A stretch of 64,000 nucleotides of DNA from Camelus dromedarius (lineage: Eukaryota). The translations under genes and the position numbers were made by a program. Numbering within the stretch: the stretch's first letter is position 1; every line of letters begins with the position of its first letter. The stretch is taken from the NCBI RefSeq assembly GCF_036321535.1, contig NC_087436.1:64358001-64422000 (forward strand), written 5' to 3'. This document shows positions 54,595-64,000 of the stretch, piece after piece. The notes under the pieces were generated by a model. The model had not been told where the DNA came from. It did not search any database and worked only from the letters and a program-made list of their open reading frames with translations.

Positions 54595-54812
54595 CAAGAG
54601 CTCCTATAAAGTCAGACGACTTGGGTTTTAATTCACTACTTCCAAGCTCTGTGATCTGGTCCAACTTACTTAAGACTCATTTTTCTTATGTGTAAAGAGA
54701 GTACCATTTAAGTATTTTTCTTGTAGAATTGTTCTGAAAATTAAATGGCATAACGTGTAATGCCCTTAATATAGTGTGTCTATTTAGTAAACACTTGATA
54801 ATTTTTAGCTAT
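54595..54812 (+). mobile_element. MIR SINE
   Basis: agtcagacgacttgggttttaat...gctctgtgatctggtccaacttacttaa...ctcatttttcttatgtgtaaa...gaattgttctgaaaattaaatgg. Confidence 0.75.
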
Positions 54813-55992
54813 GAAAAAAAAATAATGGAGTGAAAACTTCACACCATATTGAGACCACTGAGATATCAGAATACACAGGCACTGAGAAAAGAGGGAAATG
54901 ATGAGGAAGGGAAACCGTTAGGGGAATGAGATAGGGTAATTAAAAAGAAATGTGATGGGGCTACTGTTTCTGTTTAGGATGTACACTGTTGCAAGAGAAT
55001 GCCCCTCCCAACCTGACAATAAAAATAAGCTGTGTAAACCATAAAATCAGTTATGTTAGCCCATTAAAGAGTCAGGCCCAAAGCAATTGAAATATATTAA
55101 AATCAAAAATTTGACAAGCATCTCCTAGGATATACAGTACTCAAAGCTGCTTTCATTTTTGAAATGTGGGAGGAGGAAGTCACTACAGATGCAGTGAAAA
55201 TATAGCAGCTGAACTTTTAAATTTTAAATGCCGGATGTGGGCTGGTGTAGGAGTGTAGAATTCCTGGGAGTCCTCGCTACAAGGGGAATCGTTGCTCTCT
55301 CATCATCTTTGTTTTTCCATCAGCCTTCACTTGAGAGCTAATGAGAAAGGTTGGGGTGAGGGCAAGAGAACTTAGAAGTGCATCCTGTGAGGAGCAGGCA
55401 CCGTGTGTGCAGTGGTCTGAGTATGAAGAATGAGAACTAAGAAATGCTCTGTATTCTGGGCCTTAGTTGAACAAGAGGCAGAAGCCACCTGCCACAGAAG
55501 GGGCAGGAAAGATCTCCACCACTCTCCATCTGAGGTGCAGTGGTGCAAGGCTGGACCCTAAGCAGAGGGTGGGAAAGTGTGTGTCGAGGGGTGACTAGCA
55601 GAGCAGAGACTTCGCATGCAGCATGCTGAAGTGTGAGGGCAGGAAGGACTGAGAGAAGCCCACAGACAGCGTCAGTGTCTGTCTCCCATTAGGGGAGGGA
55701 GAAGCCCTCTAGGTCCCAGGTGCAGATACCCTGTTGAATGAAGTCTGAAGATGGAGCAGGAATAGGTGCCGTCAGTGCGCTGGGGGTTGAGATCGGAACC
55801 GAGAGAAACCAGACAGGCATTCTGGGCCCTGTACCACCGGGACAGGAAAGGGATTGCTGAGATACACCTTGGGGGCATCTGAAGACAAAACCTGTCACTT
55901 AGATTCTAAAATGGAGTTTCTAATTTCACCCTCAGACTTTAAGCCTGTGGTGAACTGACTTTAACTAAAACCACAGCAGAGCCCCAGCCCAT

Positions 55993-56367
55993 CGCATTAG
56001 TTTGGTAGGTATGCTGTGGTGAACAACTACAGACTGAGGGACTAGAACAACAGAAACTTATTTTCTCATGATTTTGGAGGCTAGAAGACTGAGATCAAGG
56101 TGTCATCCGAGTTGGTTTCATCTGAGACCTTTCTCCTTGGGTTGTAAATGAAGGTCTTCACACAGTTATCCTTCTGTGTGTTTCTCTGTAGAGACTTCCT
56201 CTTCATATAAGGATTTCAGTCATTGTGGATTAAGACCTACCCTAATGAGTACATATAACTTAACTATTTAAAGACCCTCTCTTCAATCACAGTCATATTC
56301 TGAGGTACTGGGAGTTAGGACTTAAGCATATGGATTTTTTTGAGGTGACACACTTGAGCTTATAAAA
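55993..56367 (-). mobile_element. MaLR solo LTR (MLT1A/A0-like)
   Basis: aacaacagaaacttattttctcatgattttggaggctagaagactgagatcaaggtgtca...cacagtcatattctgaggtactgggagttaggactt. Confidence 0.85.
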
Positions 56368-57365
56368 CCTGTTTGAACTATACTAACATCTAGTCCAAAT
56401 GAGAGATGTACCCTGTCTGTGTGTAAATATTATTTACCTCAGTCCTTATTGTTCTTTCCCACAATGTTCTCATTCAAGGAAAAGAGAATGAGAGAAGAAA
56501 TACTTGAAAAATAATTAATAGTTTTCCAAAATTAATGAAAAACATTGATCTATAGATCAAAAAGCTAGAGAACTTCAAGCAGTATAAATACAAAGGAAAA
56601 CATACCTAGTCATATCGTAAAAAAATCACATACTGAAAATCAAAGATAAAGAAAACTCAAGGAAGTAACCAGAGAAAAAAGACGTTAAATACGAGGGAAG
56701 TGATACAAGGGATGCCCCAGTTTCTCATCAGATGTAATGGAAGCCATGAGGCAATGGAATAACATCTTGAGGTTCTGACAGACAGATTTATCAACCTAGC
56801 ATGAATACCCCGCAAAAATATTTTTCAAAAAAGAATATGAAATGAAGACATTTTTCTGAATTAAAATAGCTGAATTTTTCTAAGAATTCTCCACTATCGA
56901 TATGTTAAAATAAAGAAAAAAATCCATCAGGCTGTAGGGAAATGTTACCAAATAAGTATCTGGTGATCTCTGAGGTAAAGAATACCTCAAAGAGTCATAT
57001 GTAAATTAACATAAGAAATATATTTAAATATATGGAATATATACATATGAATATATATGTGTATATATAGAAATGTACCAATATATACATATATTTTATG
57101 TAATAAATACACACACATTAAATTTATTATCAACATAGTTAAAGATATTTGTCTGATTAAGGAAAAGTAATATGTTTATAGCATATTTAGAAGTAAAACA
57201 TGATAAGAAGAGAAAAATGGGAGGCTAATCACTGGAAATGTATAATTATAAGGTTTTTATGTTTCTTATGAACTCATGGAATACTTTTTTAAAGTAGACT
57301 GTGATAAGGTAAAGATGCATATAGTAAGATTTTTAGCAATAACTGAAGTCAACAGAGAGAGACAT

Positions 57366-57841
57366 TGTTATGGATTGGATTCTTTCCCCTCTCCCAAATT
57401 CATATGTGTAAATCCTAACCCCCAGTATCTTAGAATGTGCCCTTGTTTGAAACTAGTGTCACTGCAGTTAAGATGAGGTAATTAGTTAAGATGAGGTTAT
57501 ACTAGAGTGGTTTAGACCCCTAATTCAGTGTCACTGGTATCTTTATAAAAAGGGGAAATTTGAACACAGCCAAGAACCCAGGGAGAATGCCATGTGAAGA
57601 TGAAGGCAGAGATCACAATGGTGTTTCAACAAGCCAAGTGACACCAAAAATTGCCAGCAAACCACCAGAAGGCTGGAGAAAGACATAGAACAGATTTCTC
57701 CTTCATAGCTCCCAGAAGGAACCAACCCTGCTGACATCTTGATCTCAAACTTTTAGCTTCTAAAACTGAGACGATTAACTTCTGTTGTTAAGCCATCCAA
57801 TTTGTGGTACTTTGTTACAGCAGCCCTTGCAAATTAATGCA
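57366..57841 (+). mobile_element. MaLR solo LTR (MLT1B/C-like)
   Basis: TG...CA termini; gccatgtgaagatgaaggcagagat, gaaggaaccaaccctgctgacatcttgat. Exact TSD GACAT at 57361-57365 and 57842-57846. Confidence 0.93.
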
Positions 57842-58689
57842 GACATAAATAAAAAGTCGGTAGGGAAGATAAAAAGGAATACCAAAAATACGAGGTTAAC
57901 TCATGCCCAAAACAAGGCAGAAAGAAGGAAGAAAGAAACTAAATACAGACTGGATGAAACAAAATGAAGCACCTGGACAGTAGAATTAAATCCACACATT
58001 GCAATAATTGCTTGAATATAAATGGACCAGACACTCCAATTAGAAGGCAGAAATTGTCAGATTAGATAATAGCTGTTTGTCAGTTTCTCATAAAAATTAA
58101 CATACATCAGTTTTATGACTCATTCCAATACTAAATATTTATCTATGAGAAATGAAAAAATACATCCACAAAAATACTTGTACAAGGATATTGATACTAG
58201 GTTTATTGATATTAGCCCAAACCAGGAAATAGCCTAGATGTTCATCCATAGGAGAGTAGATAAGCAAACTGTGGTGTATTGCTACAGTATGAAATCACTC
58301 ACCAATGAAAAAGAACAAAGCACTAATGCCTGCCACAAAAAGGAAAACTCTCAAAAACATAGCTGAGTGAAGGAGAAACTAGGCACCACAAAGTATATAC
58401 TGTTTAATTTCTTGGTAATAGAAATCAAATGAGTAGTTTTTTGTGTATGTGCCAGCAGAGTGGGGATCCAGAGGGAAAGGCATATGAAGTAAGTGGTAAT
58501 GGGAATTACCTGTGCTTCACAAAATTGACTGAAACACATTTAGGGTCATTTTATGTGTGTAACTTGGAAAAATTGGACTATGAAACACATGTACTGGTGT
58601 GCAATTTTTTCAAATTTGAGTTTGTCTATATTTAGTGACCAAAGTATACTATGTTTTAATCTACTAGTATACTACTACCACAACTGTTT

Positions 58690-58910
58690 AATATTAACGT
58701 TTATACTGAGTCTCAGTTTACAAAGTAGTCTACGTACATAGTTTTTATTCAGGCTTCTAAATTACTCTGAGTTGAACAGGCTCAGTATGATTATCCCTAC
58801 TTTATAGAGAGGATAATGTCACTCAGGTTTATTTATCCAGAATCACAGAGGTGATCAGTGGCCAAGACAGATCTTAAATGACAACACTTTGACTCTGGGT
58901 CATTTCAGTG
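58690..58910 (-). mobile_element. MIR fragment
   Basis: attatccctactttatagagagga...tatccagaatcacagag...agtggccaagacagatctt. Confidence 0.5.
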
Positions 58911-60427
58911 AATTTCTTCTACTGAAAGTAGATGTGTAGGCAAATTTAATTCCCCCACCTCACGCCATCCCCTTCACTTAACCAGCTTGCTCACGACTCA
59001 TTTATGTGAAGTAGTTCTCTCTGGGCATTAGGTGGCATAAGGCTTGGTGGTTTGTTGAATTGACCTTATGTCCTAAGCCAGTCGTATTTTACTTCCATGT
59101 CCCTGAATGAAATCTGGTTACTGAAAGCAGCCAGAACATCAATGATAAGAGTGAGATTATTTCCTTTGTGCATATAATAGATTTAGAAGTAGAAGAAATG
59201 CCAACTCAAGATGTCTTTGAACTCTAAAGTAGAAAACCCATTTGTTTTAACCATATTTTTCTGCGTCCTTCTTTCCCTACCTCCCCAAGGCTGTTAGACG
59301 TGTGATGATTATTGAAAAGCCTTAGATTGTTGAGGTGTTAGGTTTTTTCAACTTCTTAAGGGGAAGATAAGACTTTGGAATAGTGTTTAATGTAGTATGT
59401 GAATAATGCAGTATCTTAATAAATAAAATCATATACACAATTTTTTAATTAGATAATGTATCTCCAAAAATAGAATTAAACATTACTTCTGTGTTCTGAA
59501 ATTGGTTGTCAAAGTTTATACACTTGTGAGATCTTAGAAAGGACATTTCAAGAGTTATATTTGCAACTCAAAATAGGAAAGGGTGAATATAAATTAGAAT
59601 CTCTCTGGAAAGTAGGTTTATCATATGAAATAGGACTAATTCATTAGGGGGATTTATTTTACTCAATTAATAAAATATAATATCCTGCTGAAGACTCTAC
59701 TGAAGCAAGTATAAACTGAAGTAGCAGAGAGGTCATAAAATCTCATTAAAAAGGATTTTAAAATTGTAATCTCAGTAGTGGGTTAAATTAAAGAAAATGA
59801 GTCCACATATTTCTCATTCAGAATTATGTTTTCATAACCATAATTTTTAAACTTCAATCATAGAGCCCCTATTAAGTTCTAATTAATATTGACCATCTTT
59901 TCAAATAATGTTAGTATCTATCTAGATTTTTACTTAGTCTTTCATGTTACAGATTACATGGAAAAATGATTGAGACCATCTCTATTTCATAGAGGCTAAC
60001 CAATACTAACACTCATTAAAGGAAAATGGAATTTTCTGAATAAATTACTTCTGACTTTCCTGCTGACAGGTGGAATCTAGAGAACGGTTTAGAGTATAAT
60101 GATATCCTTACCTCCCTAAGCAAGAAGTGGTCAGAATAGTTAACACCTCTTTTTACTTCCAGCAAACTGACTGCTTAGAATCATTTAAACTGCTGTGATA
60201 AAATAATCAGGTAGGATCATGCTGCTGCCACCAACTAAATCTGTTCAGAAAGCAGAATATGGCAAGAGGAAATAATTGAATAAATCTTCATTTTGAGTGG
60301 GGAAAAAAAGAAAACAAGAAAAGTAGTAATTACGTACAATACCATGTTTTTAACAAATATCATCGTTTCAAAGTAAGTTACCTAACAGATTGTTCTGCCT
60401 CTGACAACATCCACTGGAGGATACTTT

Positions 60428-60440
60428 TGCCCTCTGCAGG
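60428..60440 (-). promoter_or_regulatory. Candidate CTCF core motif
   Basis: Minus strand CCTGCAGAGGGCA fits CCDSYAGRKGGCR; motif match only. Confidence 0.25.
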
Positions 60441-61069
60441 GTGAAAACTAAGAAGGTTAAAGGTGCCCCTCAGCTGTTACATAGTTAGCTGTAATTGCCT
60501 TTTTAGGGTTCACAGGCTGATTTTGTGGGCTTTTTGTGAGCAAATCCCTGCTCACTCTATCCTCCATGCAACCTTATAATGATACGTCTTCATCATACTT
60601 TTTGATTTTTTAGATCATATCCATCTCCTCTCAGTGGACTGACTCCATGTGTGTGACTAACTCCATGCATGTGAAACTGCTTTTCATTAATTTATCTATC
60701 AGTTCTAGTGATCCTTGTCAGGACTTGACACATAATAGACACTCATTAGGTAGTTTTTATTTGTAATACTTTTTTACTAAAAAAAAGGATTGATTTCTAC
60801 CAGTCAGTACTTTGAAAAAGAGACTATTTTTTAAGTCATTCTTTACAGATCAGTGGGTCTCATTGTTATGCTTGAGTTTTGCTTGGATGGGCTTAATTTT
60901 TAAAGAAACAAAAGTGCTTTATTTTTCTAGGATAAGCTTGTTTTCCTTTGTGAATTAACTAGCATTTGACAAAATAGGCTTCTGTTTAATTTTCAAATGT
61001 CCAGTGTTATGTATTAATTGATACATCTTTCAAAGATTTTTCTTTAGAATTTAATTTTTAAAGCAGTTT

Positions 61070-61267
61070 GTGTGTGTGTGTGTGTGTGTGTGTCTTGTAT
61101 TCTGCCCACCCCTTCTATTTATTTCTCTTTTTTTAAAATTTTTTTTTAAAAAATTGGGGGGAGTAATTAGGTTTATTTATTTATGTAAGAGGAGGTACTG
61201 GGGATTGAACCCAGGAACTCGTGCATGCTAAGCATGTGCTCTACCACGTGAGCTATAACCTCCCTCC
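61070..61267 (-). mobile_element. tRNA-Ala-derived SINE (camelid Vic-1 type) with extended tail
   Basis: Reverse complement GGTTATAGCTCACGTGGTAGAGCACATGCTTAGCATGCACGAGTTCCTGGGTTCAATCCCCAGTACCTCC...aaataaataaacctaattactcccccc; same family as 18545. Candidate TSD taaa(g/a)cagttt at 61059-61069 and 61268-61278. Confidence 0.92.
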
Positions 61268-62352
61268 TAAAACAGTTTTAGATTAACAAGCTTGAGAGGA
61301 AGGTATAGAGATTTCCCCTATAGCTCCTACTTCCCCACATACACAGCCTCCCCCATTATCAATATCATTCACCAGAATGATACATTTTTTAATCAAGCAT
61401 GAACTTACGTTGACACATCATAAATACCCGAAGTCCATAATGTGTTTTAGAGTTAGTTTTTGGTGTTAACACTTTCTGAGTTTGGGTAAAATTATAGTGA
61501 CATATATCCATCAGTAAAATATACAGAATATTTTCACTGCCCTGAAAATCCTCTGTAGCCTGTTCATACCCAGCCCCCACCAACACCCACACAACCACTC
61601 ATCTTTTCTGTTGTCTTTATAGTTTTACCTTTTACAGAATGTCATATTGTTGGAACCATAGAGTATATAGCCTTTTTAGATTCACTTATTTGACTTCGTG
61701 ACATAATATGCTTTTAAGGCTTAATAGCTCATTTCTTGTCAGAGCTGAATAACATCCATTGTCTGGATGCATTCACCTACTGAAGGCCATCTTAGTTGCT
61801 TCTAAGTCTTGGCAATTATGAATAAAGCTGCTCTAAACATCCGTGTGCAGCTTTTTGTGTGGACATGAGTTTTCAACTCCTTTTGATAAACATCAAGGAA
61901 TACCATTGCTAGATCCTATGTTAAGATTATGTTGAGTTTTGTAAGAAACTGCCAAACTGTCTTCCAAAGTGCTTGTCCATTTTACATTCCTCCCAGCAGT
62001 GTATGAGAGTTCCTGTTGTTCAAATTTTCACCAGCATTTAGTGATGCATGTGTTCTGGTTTTTGGTCATTCCAGTGTGTATATGGTAGTATCTAGTTTTA
62101 TTTTTCATTTCTCTAATAAAGTGATGTAAAGCATCTTTTCATATGCTTATTTGCCATCTGTGTATCTTCTTTAATGAGATGTCTGTTAAGGTCTTTGGCT
62201 CTTTTTTAAATTGTATTATTTTTAAGAGTTATTTTATATTTGGGATAACAGTCCTGTATCAGATGTTTCCTTTGTAAGTATTTTTTCCCAGTCCGTGGAC
62301 TATCTTTTCCTTCTATTGATGTTGTTTTTCACAGAGCAGAAGTTTTTAATCT
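61268..62352 (-). mobile_element. Old L1 (L1MC1-like) 3'UTR plus ORF2 end
   Basis: cacagcctcccccattatcaatatc...caccagaatgatacattt...ttgacacatcat...ttcactgccctgaaaatcctctgt; gtaagaaactgccaaactgtcttccaaagt. Confidence 0.9.
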
Positions 62353-62769
62353 AGGGTTTCAGTGTGTTGCTTTTAAAAATTGGGGAATGAAATCTGAATG
62401 TATTTTTAAGTTGAAGACAGCTCTTAATGAGTGAGTTTCTGTTCTGCAATGTTGAAATGAGATGCATTTCTTTCTAGGTCACTAAGCTATCCAAGTTAAA
62501 GATTTGTCTCCATTGTCATTCCTATTGCTCACAGATATCATTTGTATTAGGAGGATTTAGGGTTTTTTCTTCTTTTCTTTTCCTCTTCTTTTTTTTGGGG
62601 AGGGGGGAGTTTAAAAAAGTCCTTCCATGCTGAGTAATCCTCTTTCAAGTCTGTGAAGCTACATGTCTATTATGCCACGTTTCTATTCTCTAATGAGAGG
62701 AGAAAGAATAGTCTAGAATATGAAACATCATTGCCTTTTATTAATGAACAAGGGAGGAAAATGAACAAA

Positions 62770-63010
62770 CTGACATTTATTTAGTAGCTGCTATGTGCCA
62801 GGCACTGTGAAGTACCTAACGTATCATTTCAATTACTTCTCATCTAATTCAGACATTTAGATACTGTTTCAGTTTTATTGATGAGGAAATCAAGGCCTAT
62901 TGGATGTGGTAATTTTCAAAAATAATTTTACACCTAAAAAGTACTAGGGATATGTAATAAGAACACAGTTTCCTATGACTTTAGTCATTCCTTCCCTGTA
63001 TTCTATATAC
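62770..63010 (-). mobile_element. MIR SINE
   Basis: ctgacatttatttagtagctgctatgtgccaggcactgtg...cagttttattgatgaggaaatcaaggc. Confidence 0.7.
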
Positions 63011-63689
63011 TATCTTTCTCCCTTTTGAGTTCTTTAAATTATAGGAATAATGTTTTCTAACAAAACCACATCATAGCCCTTTAAAGTAACCACTTTTAAC
63101 AATTTTATTGCTGCATATAGTAACTATATAAGAAAGTGGGATCTTACTGTATTTATTGCTGTACATATAGAGCAGTTGAAATAGATATTTGTAGTTAAAA
63201 TATATTTTGGAAATGAATGCTAGTAAATATACTGCTATCTCATTCTTTTTAATAGCTATATATGGAAGTATAATATTATTTACTAATTAATGAAAAAGTC
63301 AAACTCAAAAAAATTTATGATAATATGATTATAAGATATATATCCCTCTAGTATTTGGTATTTTATTAATAAGATGAAGGTTTGTAATTAATTCATCCTT
63401 AATAGCAGCAACATCTAAATTTGCCAAATTTTTAAGGCTTTGGGTCTATTTTTATTCTCTGATATGCTTATCTTTTATTTGTATGCCTTCATTTGTTAGT
63501 ACATTTATAGGTTGAACTTTGCTTTGTCTTTTTATATTATCCTTTATTTTTTAGAGAGCCTTTATTTCTTTTGCTAGATCTACAGGTTATTCATATATTT
63601 TGTGCAAGGGTTTAACCTTTTGTCACATCTCTTTATTTGGATGATTTATTGTTTTTTTTTAAAGCACTTAGCAAAACACAGAATGCCTT

Positions 63690-63860
63690 TTGGGCTAACC
63701 TCAGTGATTGGTTATCTTATTATTTTACATCCTTTGTTGTTTCAAATAAAAGTTTTAGAGAGTCCAATTCCTATTTTACAGATAAGAAAATTAGTGTATC
63801 AATTCCAATGTTCTTTGACCTGTCAATAGCAAAATTAGAACCAGAACCAAGCACTTTCTA
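63690..63860 (-). mobile_element. MIR fragment
   Basis: ttcctattttacagataagaaaattag...aatagcaaaattagaaccagaaccaag. Confidence 0.45.
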
Positions 63861-64000
63861 GTTAGTATCTTCAGAAGATACTGCTCTGTGGACTTGAGTC
63901 CACACTCAGTTTACTTTCCTGTTACAGTGATCTTTCATATTTTAGGAGGGAATTGTGATTCTTGTTCCAGTAAAGATGACAAAGATTTACTGATCTAAAC

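Larger units (their letters stand above)
54955..58630 (+). mobile_element. Ancient fragmented L1M: putative 5' region, ORF1 remnant (~56480-56960), ORF2 start (~57975-58070) and 3' end (~58075-58630), interrupted by two MLT1 LTRs
   Basis: ORF1-like ttttccaaaattaatgaaaaacattgatctatagatcaaaaagct; EN-start ttgaatataaatggaccagacactccaattagaaggcagaaattgtcagattagat; 3' cctagatgttcatccataggagagtagataagcaaactgtgg. Assignment of the GC-richer 54955-55990 as 5'UTR is weaker. Confidence 0.65.

Noticed and set aside
18545..61267. Inverted SINE pair forming dsRNA or promoting circRNA
   Set aside because: The copies are 42 kb apart and both lie downstream of the exon, so they do not flank it.

Overview
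AT-rich mammalian genomic DNA, almost all intronic. The only real coding sequence is one 214-bp internal exon (9576-9789, + strand) of ADGRL3/LPHN3 (latrophilin-3), encoding the N-terminal part of the SUEL/rhamnose-binding lectin domain ([32 protein letters not shown]...KIMSQR). It has canonical AG/GT splice sites, and neither neighbouring exon is recognisable in the window. The rest is intron filled with interspersed repeats: L1 (old L1M and younger cetartiodactyl-type), L2, MIR, MaLR/ERVL solo LTRs (three with exact 5-bp TSDs), hAT-Charlie and Tigger elements, and microsatellites. Two tRNA-Ala(AGC)-derived SINEs resemble the camelid Vic-1 type, so I infer a camel, llama or alpaca genome. The other ORFs in the track are L1 remnants or chance ORFs. 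I found no convincing new biological system. The best unexplained signals are a diverged ~200-bp direct repeat pair at 23.2/24.4 kb that matches no repeat family I recognise, a perfect 68-bp tandem duplication at 29.5 kb, and several structurally odd retrotransposon insertions. Repeat subfamily names are recalled from memory of consensus sequences and need RepeatMasker/Dfam confirmation. Boundaries without TSDs are approximate.
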